From: Octopus sinensis
Lineage: Eukaryota
Assembly (NCBI RefSeq): GCF_006345805.1
Contig: NC_043009.1
Coordinates: forward strand, 40,982,001-41,046,000
Direction: 5' to 3'
DNA length: 64,000 bases
The position numbers were made by a program, and so were the translations under genes. The notes below the pieces were generated by a model. That model saw only the letters and a program-made list of their open reading frames with translations. It made no database searches and had not been told where the DNA came from. Shown here in pieces: positions 53,132 to 64,000 of the stretch (its first letter is position 1; each line of letters begins with the position of its first letter).

Positions 53132-54418
53132 GTTTAAACTATACATGAATCAAAGTTACAAGCCATAACAACAAAGCCACCATTGATTCATTATTGATGT
53201 GGTCTGCAAGTCAGTTTTATAGAAACAATTCAATTATCTGTTAGTCCTGATGTAGTGCACAGGCAGAAATAACTGTTGTTGTCGTGGCAAAGTTTAGTCA
53301 AAGTTTAATTATTTTACCATACACTCTTGACTACCTCCTCTTTTAACAATATGCTGACTCCACCCATTGAGGAGTGCCTGTAACTGTGTTCTTAGGCAAT
53401 GGGGGCTATTGTCGAGGCTCTCTTCCACCTTATCTGTTGTACACAAAACACATTTACTGGCCTTCACTCTAGCATCAGTGTGATCTCTCAAGACCTACTT
53501 TTCACCATGTTGACATTCATGATGGCAGCCCTGAAGTGTTGTACCTGACAGGAAGAGGGAAGGTTCCGGTGGTGGGTATGAATGCACTCAAACATACATA
53601 TACACACACACACACACAAAACATTCAAACAACAAAGTTAAAATATCAAATGTAAATGCTTTTTATCAATGCTGAACATGCATACATGTGCACAGAACAC
53701 CCCCACACATGTATTAAAAAACACATTTTTTTATCCCAAATATGTTTATCTATGTGTGTGTGTATGTGTATATATATATATATATATATATAAACATACA
53801 CACACACATATATATACAGAACCTAAAAAAAAGATAACATATGTATATATAAAAAAAATCAAAGTATCTTTGTAAAGATTATCCATAATTTTCCATTCTA
53901 CACACCCAAAGACACATACATACAAGCTCACACTCACATACACACAAAGGTACACACATACATACGAAAAAGGAAAAATGAAAAAAAAAAAAAAGTTTCA
54001 ACACTAATAATTTAGTAATGTTTCAAAGATCATGTGCTAGGGGACTTCAATGAAATGCAATTTTGTGTTTACTACTACTATTATTATTTTTCCTGACATT
54101 TGAATCCTAAAAACACATAATCCAATGATAAAGACAAAAATATAATTGAAATCCATAAATATATTTTTGCAAAGTCTCCTTTTCTCTCACTATATTATAG
54201 TTTTGATTAAATGAAACATGTCATAAAATATTCTATATTTTTCAAAGCGCCTTAACAACCATTTTTTTTTTTACCCTTTATCTATTTATTCTATTAATTT
54301 TTTTTTGTTGTTGTTTTTCTCATTACTTTTTTTTTTGTTTTTGCTTTTATCATTTGATGCCAATCTCTTTTCTGCCTTCACCTTCTTTTCCTTTATAATT
54401 TTTTTTTCTTCTTGTTCT

Positions 54419-54460
<42 letters not shown>

Positions 54461-55035
54461 AACCTCAAAGAAAGACTTGTTTTAATAACGAAGTTGGAAT
54501 ATTTACAGTAATTAAATATGATTATTAAACTAACACTTGTTTCACTGATATAGATAAGGATGTTTGTCTATTTTGCTAAGAATAATATTTACTTTATTAA
54601 AACCAAATTGAAGGGAGAAAAAAAAACAAAAACAAAATACAAAAATACAAACACACACACACACACACACACAAACACATGACAACAATAACAATAACAA
54701 ATAAAAAGAAAAACAGTATTAATAGATGAGAGATCAGGATGATGAGTTAGAGAATTGCGGAATTGGTTGAACATTTTACAAGAAGCTGATAATAAATATA
54801 GATATTGGGGGCTTTTAACTTTCTAATAGTATGTCTGATATAACTTTGTGATTGCTGTTTATTATTTGTGCATCTCCATTATTCAGAAACTAGTTAAACA
54901 AGCTTAACTCTTTTCATGTCAACTCTGGTTCTATGATACGAAAACCATCTGTTTTAAAGTTTGAAGTTGAATTAAGGTGCCAGGCAAGACTTTAAGCATT
55001 CGGATTACTGTCAGATGTAATGTTCCGTTATTCTT

Positions 55036-55255
55036 ATTCTTTTATTCTTTTACTTGTTTCAGTGATTTGACTACGGCCATGCTGGAGTACCGCCTTTAGT
55101 CGAAGAAATTGACCCCAGGACTTATTCTTTGTAAGCCTAGTACTTATCCTATCAGTCTCTTTTGCTGAATCGCTAAATTACAGGGACATAAACACACCAG
55201 CATCAGTTGTCAAGCGACGGTGAGAGGACAACCACAGACACACAAACAAATACAT

Positions 55256-55290
<35 letters not shown>

Positions 55291-55450
55291 CGACGGGCTT
55301 CTTTCAGTTTCTATCTACCAAATTCAATCACAAAGCTTTGGTTAGCCCAGGGCTATAGTGGAAGACACTTACCCAAGGTGCCATGCAGTGGGACTGAACC
55401 TGGAACCATGCAGTTGGGAAGCTTCTTACCACACTGCCACACCCGCACCT
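55036..55450 (-). mobile_element. SINE family A
   Basis: Full reverse-complement copy. Confidence 0.85.
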
Positions 55451-55724
55451 ATATTCACATATTTTGAATTAATCATGTCTGACACTGTAGCTTCAAAATT
55501 TCAATGACGTGATTATTTATTTTTAGAATGACATTGTAGGGTAGGTGTGAGAATTCCAATCTGATCAGTTTGAACATAAAACAGATAGAATTTTTGGGGC
55601 CACATTTGGCTGGTTTAAATACTAAAGGATTAAAGTTTGACGTCAGATTAAGATGCCAGGCCAGACATTAAACCTTTAGCATTCAGATTACTCTGTCAAA
55701 TGTGGCTACACATCGCTGGTCACA

Positions 55725-55975
55725 ATGCGCTCCGCATTGTTTTAGCCTTCAAATGATGCCACCCCGCTGGCTAAGCGAGCAGGCCAACAAAAGAAAGAGT
55801 GAGAGAAAATTGCGACAAAAAAGTGCATCAGGGATCGCCCCCCCCTGCTGAAGCATCATGGAGCTTTAGGTGTTTTCACCCAATAAACACACACAACGCT
55901 CAGCCTGGGAATCGAAACCACAATTCTATGACCGTGAGTCCGCTGCCCTAACCACTAGGCCATTGCGCCTCCACC
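55725..55975 (-). mobile_element. SINE family D
   Basis: Minus head gaggcgcaatggcctagtggttagggcagcggactcacgg..ggtttcgattccc. Confidence 0.8.
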
Positions 55976-56779
55976 TGTGAAATGTAACACTTATTATCCA
56001 CCTTTTTTTGAAATAATATCTTGTGGCTCCAAAATTTCAAGTATGTGAGAATTTACATTTAGAATGACATTTTAGGATAGGTGTAAGAGTTCAGATCGGG
56101 TCAGTTTGGACATAAAACAAATTGAATATTTGGGCTGGATATGACAGATTTAAATTGCTTATGGGTAAAACTGCATCCAGTGGTGAGGCTCCATCTTGGG
56201 AGTTTAGGGGTTTTAGCGAGTAAGGAAAGGAGTTAACCCTTAGTCACCCCTACTCCAATATTTGCCCTGATCAGAAATGATAGTCTCTGCCAAGGACTCT
56301 AGTTATGGGTCAAACAGTAGATGATGGTCCTGTAAGGTAAGGCAAACAGGACTTGGAGAACAGCTGACCCCTATACACGTGTCATACAGGCCCATCAGTT
56401 TGTGGACACATCCTGATTATGGGTGAACCAATCCTCCTGCATAACGACCAAACAGGCTTTGATGCTTTAAGGATGTGCTTCAGAGAGCAGAAAACTAGCA
56501 GAGTAAACTGTGGGTAAACATGAAACCACTGCTGGATCTTTTCCAAGGGAAGTTATGAATCTTCAAGCTTTGGCATGGAGGCCCATAACAAAAGTCTGTA
56601 GGAGAGAGAGAAAGATAGAGAGGGAGAGAGGAGGGGAGAGAATGAAAGGGGAGAGAAAGAATGGAGAGAGGAGAGAGATAGAGAGAGTTAAATTTGCTCC
56701 TGCTGTGAATTTATGTGAGACCCTTTCATTAATTCTTTTCTAACTAAGCTGCCTGAGACTTTCTGATTTTACTTTGAGT

Positions 56780-57124
56780 GATGGTGTATCATTCAGAACT
56801 ACAGAACAATTTGGAAAGGAATTTCTTAACTTCCTCCATGCTCTGACTGACACACTGTCACTCAAAATACAACTAACCTCTTGTCCACTTGAAGTCCAAC
56901 CTCTACGCAGCCATTACAGTGTCTTCGTCCGGGTTGCAGATTCGTGGAATAAGCTGCCAGACAAGATGGTGAAGATGCTGACGACTGCTCGGTTCAAAGT
57001 CTCCCTTGACCTCAAGTGGCCTGAACTCTTTACATGAACACCACCCTGTACACAACTCCATGCCCCACTACATGGCCTTGCTTTTTGCTTTTTGAGCCAA
57101 AAAATTATCTAACTAACTAACTAA
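56780..57124 (+). mobile_element. CR1/L2-group LINE 3' end with (CTAA)n tail
   Basis: ..VFVRVADSWNKLPDKMVKMLTTARFKVSLDLKWPELFT*, then ctaactaactaa. Confidence 0.75.
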
Positions 57125-57287
57125 GATAGCTTGATTTCAGCCTCACCAATGAAATTCACTTTGTACCTTCTTACTACACAACATTTCATGATCACCACTC
57201 CTACCCAATACACAAACATACATATCATAGGGTACCTGACGGTGTTCTTCAACTTCTACACCAACAATCCAAGACCACAGATGAACT

Positions 57288-57732
57288 TTAACCCTTTAGC
57301 TTTTAAACAGGCAATATCCGGCCCAATTATTCTACATGTTTTACATTCAAACTGGCCATATCTAGCCACTCATATCTAACCTACATCGACATTCTAAAAA
57401 GTAATCAATCACATAACTGAAACCTCAAAACTATAAGAGAATGCATGATTAGTTCAAAACAGTTTGAATATAAAAGCATTCCATTCGACAGAATAATCTG
57501 AATGCTTAACCCTTTAGTATTCAGATTATTCAATCAAACATAATGCCTATTGATTCCCATTGATTTGAATTAATCATGCATTATCTCATATCTTCAAGAT
57601 CTTGATGGTGTAATTACATAATGTAGAATAACATTGTAGGGTTGGCGTGAGAGTCTGGATCTGGTCAGTTTGAACATAAAACAGATTAGCTATTTTGGCC
57701 GGATATGGCCGGTTTAAATACTAAAGGGTTAA
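57288..57732. mobile_element. Two TTAA-flanked MITEs (CCCTTTAG termini) abutting in inverted orientation
   Basis: TTAA at 57288, 57506 and 57729. The family recurs at ~55460-55632, 59590-59815 and 61835-62070. Confidence 0.8.
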
Positions 57733-58220
57733 AGGTTAAACCCCAAAATTATGCACCTAAGTATGTCCTTTCACATCACAGAAGCCTATGCTTAAAAGAC
57801 CCAAAGGACTCACCCTTAGTTATGCTGCAGTATGACAGGAAGTGAGCATTGCTTGAAACACAATGAGGAAGTCAAGTACCAATCCTGAATCAGAGATATT
57901 CACTCACCATCGCTATCTTTTATTTTCCATATGTTTCAGTCATTGGACTGTGGCCATACTGGAGTACTGCCTTGAAGAATTTGGTAACAGTGGTAACTTC
58001 AGGGTAGGAGGTAAATCAATTATCTCAACCCCAGTGTTCAACAGGTATTATATTTTATTGACCCTGAAAGATTGAAAGGCAAACTCGCCCTTCGTAGAAT
58101 TTGAACTCAGAATGTAAGGATGGATGAAATGGTGCAAAGCATTTTGCCTAGCATGCTAACAATTCTGCCAGCTTGCTGCCTTAGTAACAACAGTAAAAAC
58201 AACAAACTCACACATAAGAT

Positions 58221-58265
<45 letters not shown>

Positions 58266-59204
58266 TTGTTTCTAATTTTTGCATAAGGCCAGTAATTTTC
58301 AAAGGAAAGTGAACAGTCAGTACTGTCAACTTGACCACTTGACTGAGGCTTTATTATATCAATCCTGGAAGTACACAAAAGAATGCTGACCATAGCGAGA
58401 TATGAACTCAGAATGGAAAGAGCTGGAACTAATAACTTGCAAAGCATTCTGTCTGCTGCGCTGATGATTTTTCTGAAAGAATACTGGAGTGAATTAGAAA
58501 TTTTTGTTGTTGTTGTTTGTTTTTGAAAATTAGACCAAAAATAGATAAAGGTTTTTGCATTATAAATAACTTGGAAATGAAAAATACCCTTGACAATAGA
58601 AAAAGTTGAGACAAAGAAACTATTTGAATGTTAAAGAAAAGGAAACAAGGATTCATTGAAAGAATGGTAACAAAATTTATATCTAAATAAGAACTGCCTA
58701 AACAAGTAATTTCACAGACTCATAAATTCTCAAGATTAACAGCAATAAAATAAATTATTCGTTTAAAAAGATGTTAAAATCTCATAAAAATTATGTTTAA
58801 AATTTCTTTTTATTCTCATTTGATTTTAAAAGACATTAAAAAAAAAGAAGTGTGGAAGCAAATACAAAATAAGCTGTGTGTGCATTTCTTCAATATGATA
58901 GCGAGAGATTGTGTTTAAGGTTTGACCTTTCTAGATATATTGATTTAGGTGGTTGAGTATGGTTTTTATATAGTGGACTACTAATCAATGCATCCATATA
59001 TACATACACACATATGTGATACGTGTACATATGTGGCAAAGTAGCTACAGTATCCAAAATGATGTATAACATGAAGTCAAAAAAATGATATGTTTATTAT
59101 AAGTCTAATAAAAACCATTTGTATTTAGAAGACAAAGTGGTGTCTCTTGCAAATTATTACAAATACACACACATTTGAGTGTGTATGTGTGTATATATAC
59201 ACGG

Positions 59205-59435
59205 TGGTTAGGGTGTCAGCATCATGATTGTAAGATTGTGGTTTCAATTCCTGGACTGGGCAATGCGTTGTGTTCTTGAGCAAAACACTTCATTTCACGT
59301 TGCTCCAGTCCACTCAGCAGGCAAAAATGAGTAATGCTTCGATGGACTGGCGTCCCATCCAGCTGGGGAACACACATGCCATTGAAACTGGGAAACCGGG
59401 CTCATGAGCCTGGCTAAGCTTTAAAAGGGCACATT
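59205..59435 (+). mobile_element. SINE family D
   Basis: gtggttagggtgtcagcatcatgattgtaagattgtggtttcaattcctggac..gggaaaccgggctcatgag. Confidence 0.75.
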
Positions 59436-59485
59436 TATTTTATTTATATATGTGTGTGTGTTTGTATATATATATATGCATGTGA

Positions 59486-59534
<49 letters not shown>

Positions 59535-60954
59535 TATATCAATATGTTAACGTTTGCTTCTGTGTCAAGTTATATATAATAAACACTTTAACTCTGTAGC
59601 ATTCAGATTATTCTGTCGAATGTAATACTTCTTCATCTACATTATTTTGAATTAATCATCATTATCTTGTAGCTTTGAGATTTTGATGATTTTGAATGTA
59701 TATTCCCAGAATGAGTTTGGAGGGTAGGTGCAAGAGGTCAGATCTAGTCAGTTTGAGCATAAAACAGATAGAATATTTCAGCCTGAAATGACTGATTTAA
59801 ATGCTAAAGGGTGAATAATAAATTGAAGAATAAGGTGGTGAGCTGGCAGAATAGTTAGCATGCTAGGCAAGATGTTTAGTGGCATTTCATCTGTCTGAGT
59901 TCAGATTCCACCAAGGCCCAAAACTGCTAGTCTTGTGCCAAAATACGAAACCACTACCAAATTGAAGAGTTATTCAGCACTTTTTTCAGCAAAGCACATG
60001 TTTATTAAACTTTTATAAGAAAGGTCACAGTGGCTTTAATGTTTTGGCCTGCTACACTTCAGACAATCTGACAAAGGCTCATTGACAAATCAGCTTAGAA
60101 GGGCAGGATTCCTGGAGTAGCTAGTTGCCTGGAACATAGAAGTATGATCTGTGAAACCATCCAATGAATGAAGAACAAGATTGATTTGGATTAGCAGGCA
60201 TGCCCGTGTCGATAAGAAGTTCACTTCTTCATTATTTTAAAAATTCACTGGAGCAAAGGTAGCATATTTTTTTTATTTATTGCCCACAAGGTGCTAAACA
60301 TAGAGGGGACTGACCCCAGTACATAACTGGTACTTAATTTATCAACCCTGAAAGGATGAAAGGCGAAGTTGACCTTGGCGGAATTTGAACTCAGAATGTA
60401 ACAGCCAATGAAATACCGCTAATCATTTCGCCCGGCGTGCTAACATTTCTGCCAGCTTGCATATTTTAACAGAAATATGGTAATACTAGATTTAAACAAG
60501 GTTGCAGTTGGGAATGCAATTTACTTTAGGCACTATTAGAAGGGTCTGAATGCAATACACCAAATTAATAAAGATACTTTCCAATTCATATGGACTCATA
60601 GGAGTGGTTTCCTGGTTTCCATATATGTGTGTGTGTGTGTGTTTCTGTGTGTGTGTGTGTTTCTGTGTCTGTGTTTGTCCACCAAACATTGCTTGACAAC
60701 TGTTGCTGGTGTGTTTACGTCTCCGTAACTTAGTGGTTCGGCAAAAGAGACCGATAGAATAAGTACTGGGTTTGCAAAGAATAAGTCCTGGGGTCGATTT
60801 GCTTGACTAAAGGCAGTGCTCCAGCGTGGCCACAGTCAAATGAGTGAAACAATTAAAAAAGTAAAAGAGTATATACACACACACACACACACACAGATAT
60901 ATGTTGTCATTCAATGTCGACTTTACATGCTGGCATGGGATGAACGGGGACACA

Positions 60955-60957
60955 CAC

Positions 60958-61029
<72 letters not shown>

Positions 61030-61030
61030 G
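60955..61030. repeat. (GA)n tract
   Basis: Directly visible. Confidence 0.95.
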
Positions 61031-61340
61031 AAAAACTTTTAAATGCTTCTACTTCAAGAAATGAGGAAACTTAAAGTATACAGAATAAGAATGTGCAATG
61101 CATATGCCGTTGCTGCTGCTGCTGCTGCTACTACTACTGATGCTGCTGCCACCTGCAGTGAGTGGATACATTACTGAAAGCAGTTGCAGATTTAGACTTA
61201 TTAAGCCTCATGATTATTTTCAAACATATGTTGAGCCAATTAAGAAGAAATAATAAACAATGTCCTAATTAAAGTGATATGAGGAGACGATTTAAGTTTA
61301 CACACATGTACAAACAAATATGTACAAATACAGATGAGAA

Positions 61341-61371
<31 letters not shown>

Positions 61372-64000
61372 CGGGGAGAAAGAGAGGGAGAAAGAAAGAG
61401 AGTAAGAGAGAGAGAGATGGGAGCAACAAGGAGAGGGGTAATGAGAGAAGTGTGTGTGAGTATGGAGGGAGAGAGGGGAGTGCTGTTTCAGGTGAGTATA
61501 GAAGCAGGAAATGGTAAGTCTTGGGAATAAGATTGCACTAAAAAGATGAGATATAATGAAAATACACGCAATCTAGTCAGACAGAAAAGAAAAGAGAAAA
61601 AAACAACCATAAACAACAATAACAACCACCACAACAACAATAACAAAGCTATTCATCATTAACCGAAGAATGGGTTCAAAGAGGCAGAACAATTCGAAAT
61701 GGAAATATTTATTTATAGAAATTAACTGTTATTATAAAAGATCAAGTGGACTTGCTAATTTCTTTGGCCCAAGAGCTTAAATTGTTTGACGTCATCAGCA
61801 ACATCATTATCATCATCATCATCATTGGCTTAATCTTTTAGCATTCAATCCAGCCATATCTGGCCTAAATATTCTACCTGCTTTGTGTTCAAACTGACCA
61901 GATCAGGACTGTCGCAACCACCCTGGCAGTTTCATTCTAAAAGTAAACAATCACATCCTCAAAAACTGGAAGCTATGAGATGATGCAGGATTAATTCAAA
62001 ACAATTTGAATTAATGAATGAATGAATAAGCATTACATATGATGGAGTAATCTGAATGCTAAACGGTTAATGTCCATTTTCCCATGCTCACATGGGCAGG
62101 ACAGAATTTTATCACAGCAAATTTTCTACAGCTGGGATGCTCTTCCTGTTGCCAATCCTCATTTGCAAGGTAAATATTTCACCATGACCTGACATGTTTT
62201 CATGGAAGATTGTAAAGACAGAATGGTGACACTTGTTTACAAGTATCAGGTGATAAGGCTTCACATTCAATGAAGAAAAAAAATGAGAATATATGATGGT
62301 TATGCCTTTTTCTTCCCTCGCCAGTTCATCAGTAGAAAATCTAAGTGAAATGTGGTGGTGGTGGTGGTGGTATGAAGGAATGGTGGTGGTGGTGGTGGAG
62401 GAATGGGGGTAATGATGGTGGTGCTGGCGGCAGTGGTATGTCCTCAATTGCTGATGGAGTTTTAGAGGTTCTGTCATGCTATACAGTGTGTCTGAGTCAC
62501 TTTTAGAGCTGATTCCTGACCCCACTGGCCTAAGCACCACTAATTTTCTTTCACCAGAGAGAGAGAGAGAAAGAAAGAGGAAGAGAGAGAGAGAGAGAAA
62601 GAAAGAGAGAAAGAGGGGAAACAGAAAGACAAACAGAGTGAGAGAGAGAAAAACAAAATGTAAGAAAGAGCTGACCCCATACAAAACAGTGTATTTTATT
62701 TATCATCCCTAAAAAGGATGAAAGCCAACATTGACCTTGGTGGGGTTCGAACACATAATGCAGAGACCTAGAATGATCACCACAAAGCAATTGATCTAAT
62801 ATTCTAAGGAATCTGCCAATTGGCGAGTGAAACAGCAACCAGTAGGAATGGAAACTTGTGCTTTCAATGCCTGTGAGAAAAAGATTACTTTTCCTCAAAG
62901 GCATTGATAAATATTCCGGTATATGTTCAAGGAAATGGCGAAATTGTAAGCCAAATAATTACAAAAAGATTTTAAAGCTGGAAGCAGTTGATTTGTTCAG
63001 TAGAAAGGACGATTAGATTAGATTAGAGTCTGTTTTTTAAAAGAATCATTACGTACCATTTGAGTTATGTAAGCAATTTAGATGGAGGAAAAAAAAAATA
63101 AGTCAATAGTATTAGGTTTATATTATACAAACACATATTGGCAATTTGAATGGAAGGGATATGTTTTTTTTCTTCTTTTTTTTTGTTGTTGTTTTTTTGT
63201 TCTTCTTCATTCAGATTCTTATATTCTTAAAGCTTATGATATAATAAAACCCCTTGAGTGTTTAATTCTCAGGTTCACATTTGCTTTTGATGTACAATTA
63301 ACAGGCCTGCTGCCCAAACAGTATACCTTTAACATTAGCTTTTATACAGCAATTGTATTCCCAGATGATTAATCAGAAAGCAGCACTCAAAAAGCTATAG
63401 TAAATCTATTAGCAATTCTTAGGTGCAACCGACCAGTATGAATGGCCACTTCAAAATAAAACCACCATACAAAAGTGTATGGGATACGAAAAAGAGAGAG
63501 ACAGAGAGGGAGAGATGGGGAGGAGGTTTTCCGTCAAGGAGAGCAACTGCTCTAAAGAGAAACTACTATAGTTACTGCAGAGCGAAGATGAGAATACTAT
63601 GATACCATGATATTCACTGCTTGTATGTAGTGTAGTGGTCAGGGTGTTGCACTCATGATCAGGAGATCATGGTTTCAATTCCCAGAGCAAGAGGTGCGTC
63701 ATTTTCTTGAGCAAAAAATCCCACTTTCATTCATGATTGCTGTTCAGTGGGGGGAATGTTGTGATCTTGGTCATTATTATGTCTTGGAAGCTGGGGAACC
63801 AGCCCTATGACTTCTAATAATGTCCACGGATGGATGATGATGATGATGACGAGAACGATGGTGATGACAACGATGATAATGATGGTGATAGTAATGACAA
63901 TGATGATGATGACAATAATGATGATGATGACGACGACATTGATAAATGTACTAAGTTTTCATCTCAGGCTGGGACTTCTGATATCACAACTTTTTCAGTT

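Noticed and set aside
60120-60165. Minus-strand FTDH, possibly the missing BCAT exon
   Set aside because: It reads LDGFTDHTSMFQATSYSRNPALLS*, with no Met after DH, no W..GW or HY motif, and a stop follows.

Overview
AT-rich, microsatellite-saturated eukaryotic DNA. The SINE, LINE and MITE repertoire looks like a cephalopod (Octopus-type) genome; this is inferred from repeat motifs, not from a database search. Only one host coding exon is well supported: a 111-nt, phase 0-0, minus-strand exon at 1216-1326 ([37 protein letters not shown]) of a branched-chain amino acid aminotransferase (BCAT). I could not find the conserved upstream BCAT exon (F[T/S]DHM...HY) in the remaining ~62 kb, so most of the window is probably intron or intergenic. 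The rest is mostly four SINE families, a decayed ~2.9-kb APE+RT LINE ORF2 (25988-28886), fragments of RTE, Tx1/L1, CR1-like and HERO/R2-group retroelements, hAT, piggyBac and pogo remnants and MITEs, two minisatellites and many simple repeats. Most ORFs in the supplied track are microsatellite or SINE artefacts. The most interesting observations: (1) a complete type I hammerhead ribozyme core with a palindromic stem III on the minus strand at 21085-21166, inside a short element embedded in (TA)n; (2) a 3' tail shared between the large LINE and the commonest SINE, with a compensatory-change stem-loop; (3) a ~136-nt hairpin ~3 kb upstream of the BCAT exon; (4) a pair of candidate micro-exons encoding a presequence-like peptide; (5) a minisatellite with a 97-bp higher-order repeat. 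Repeat boundaries are approximate unless a TSD or TIR is quoted.
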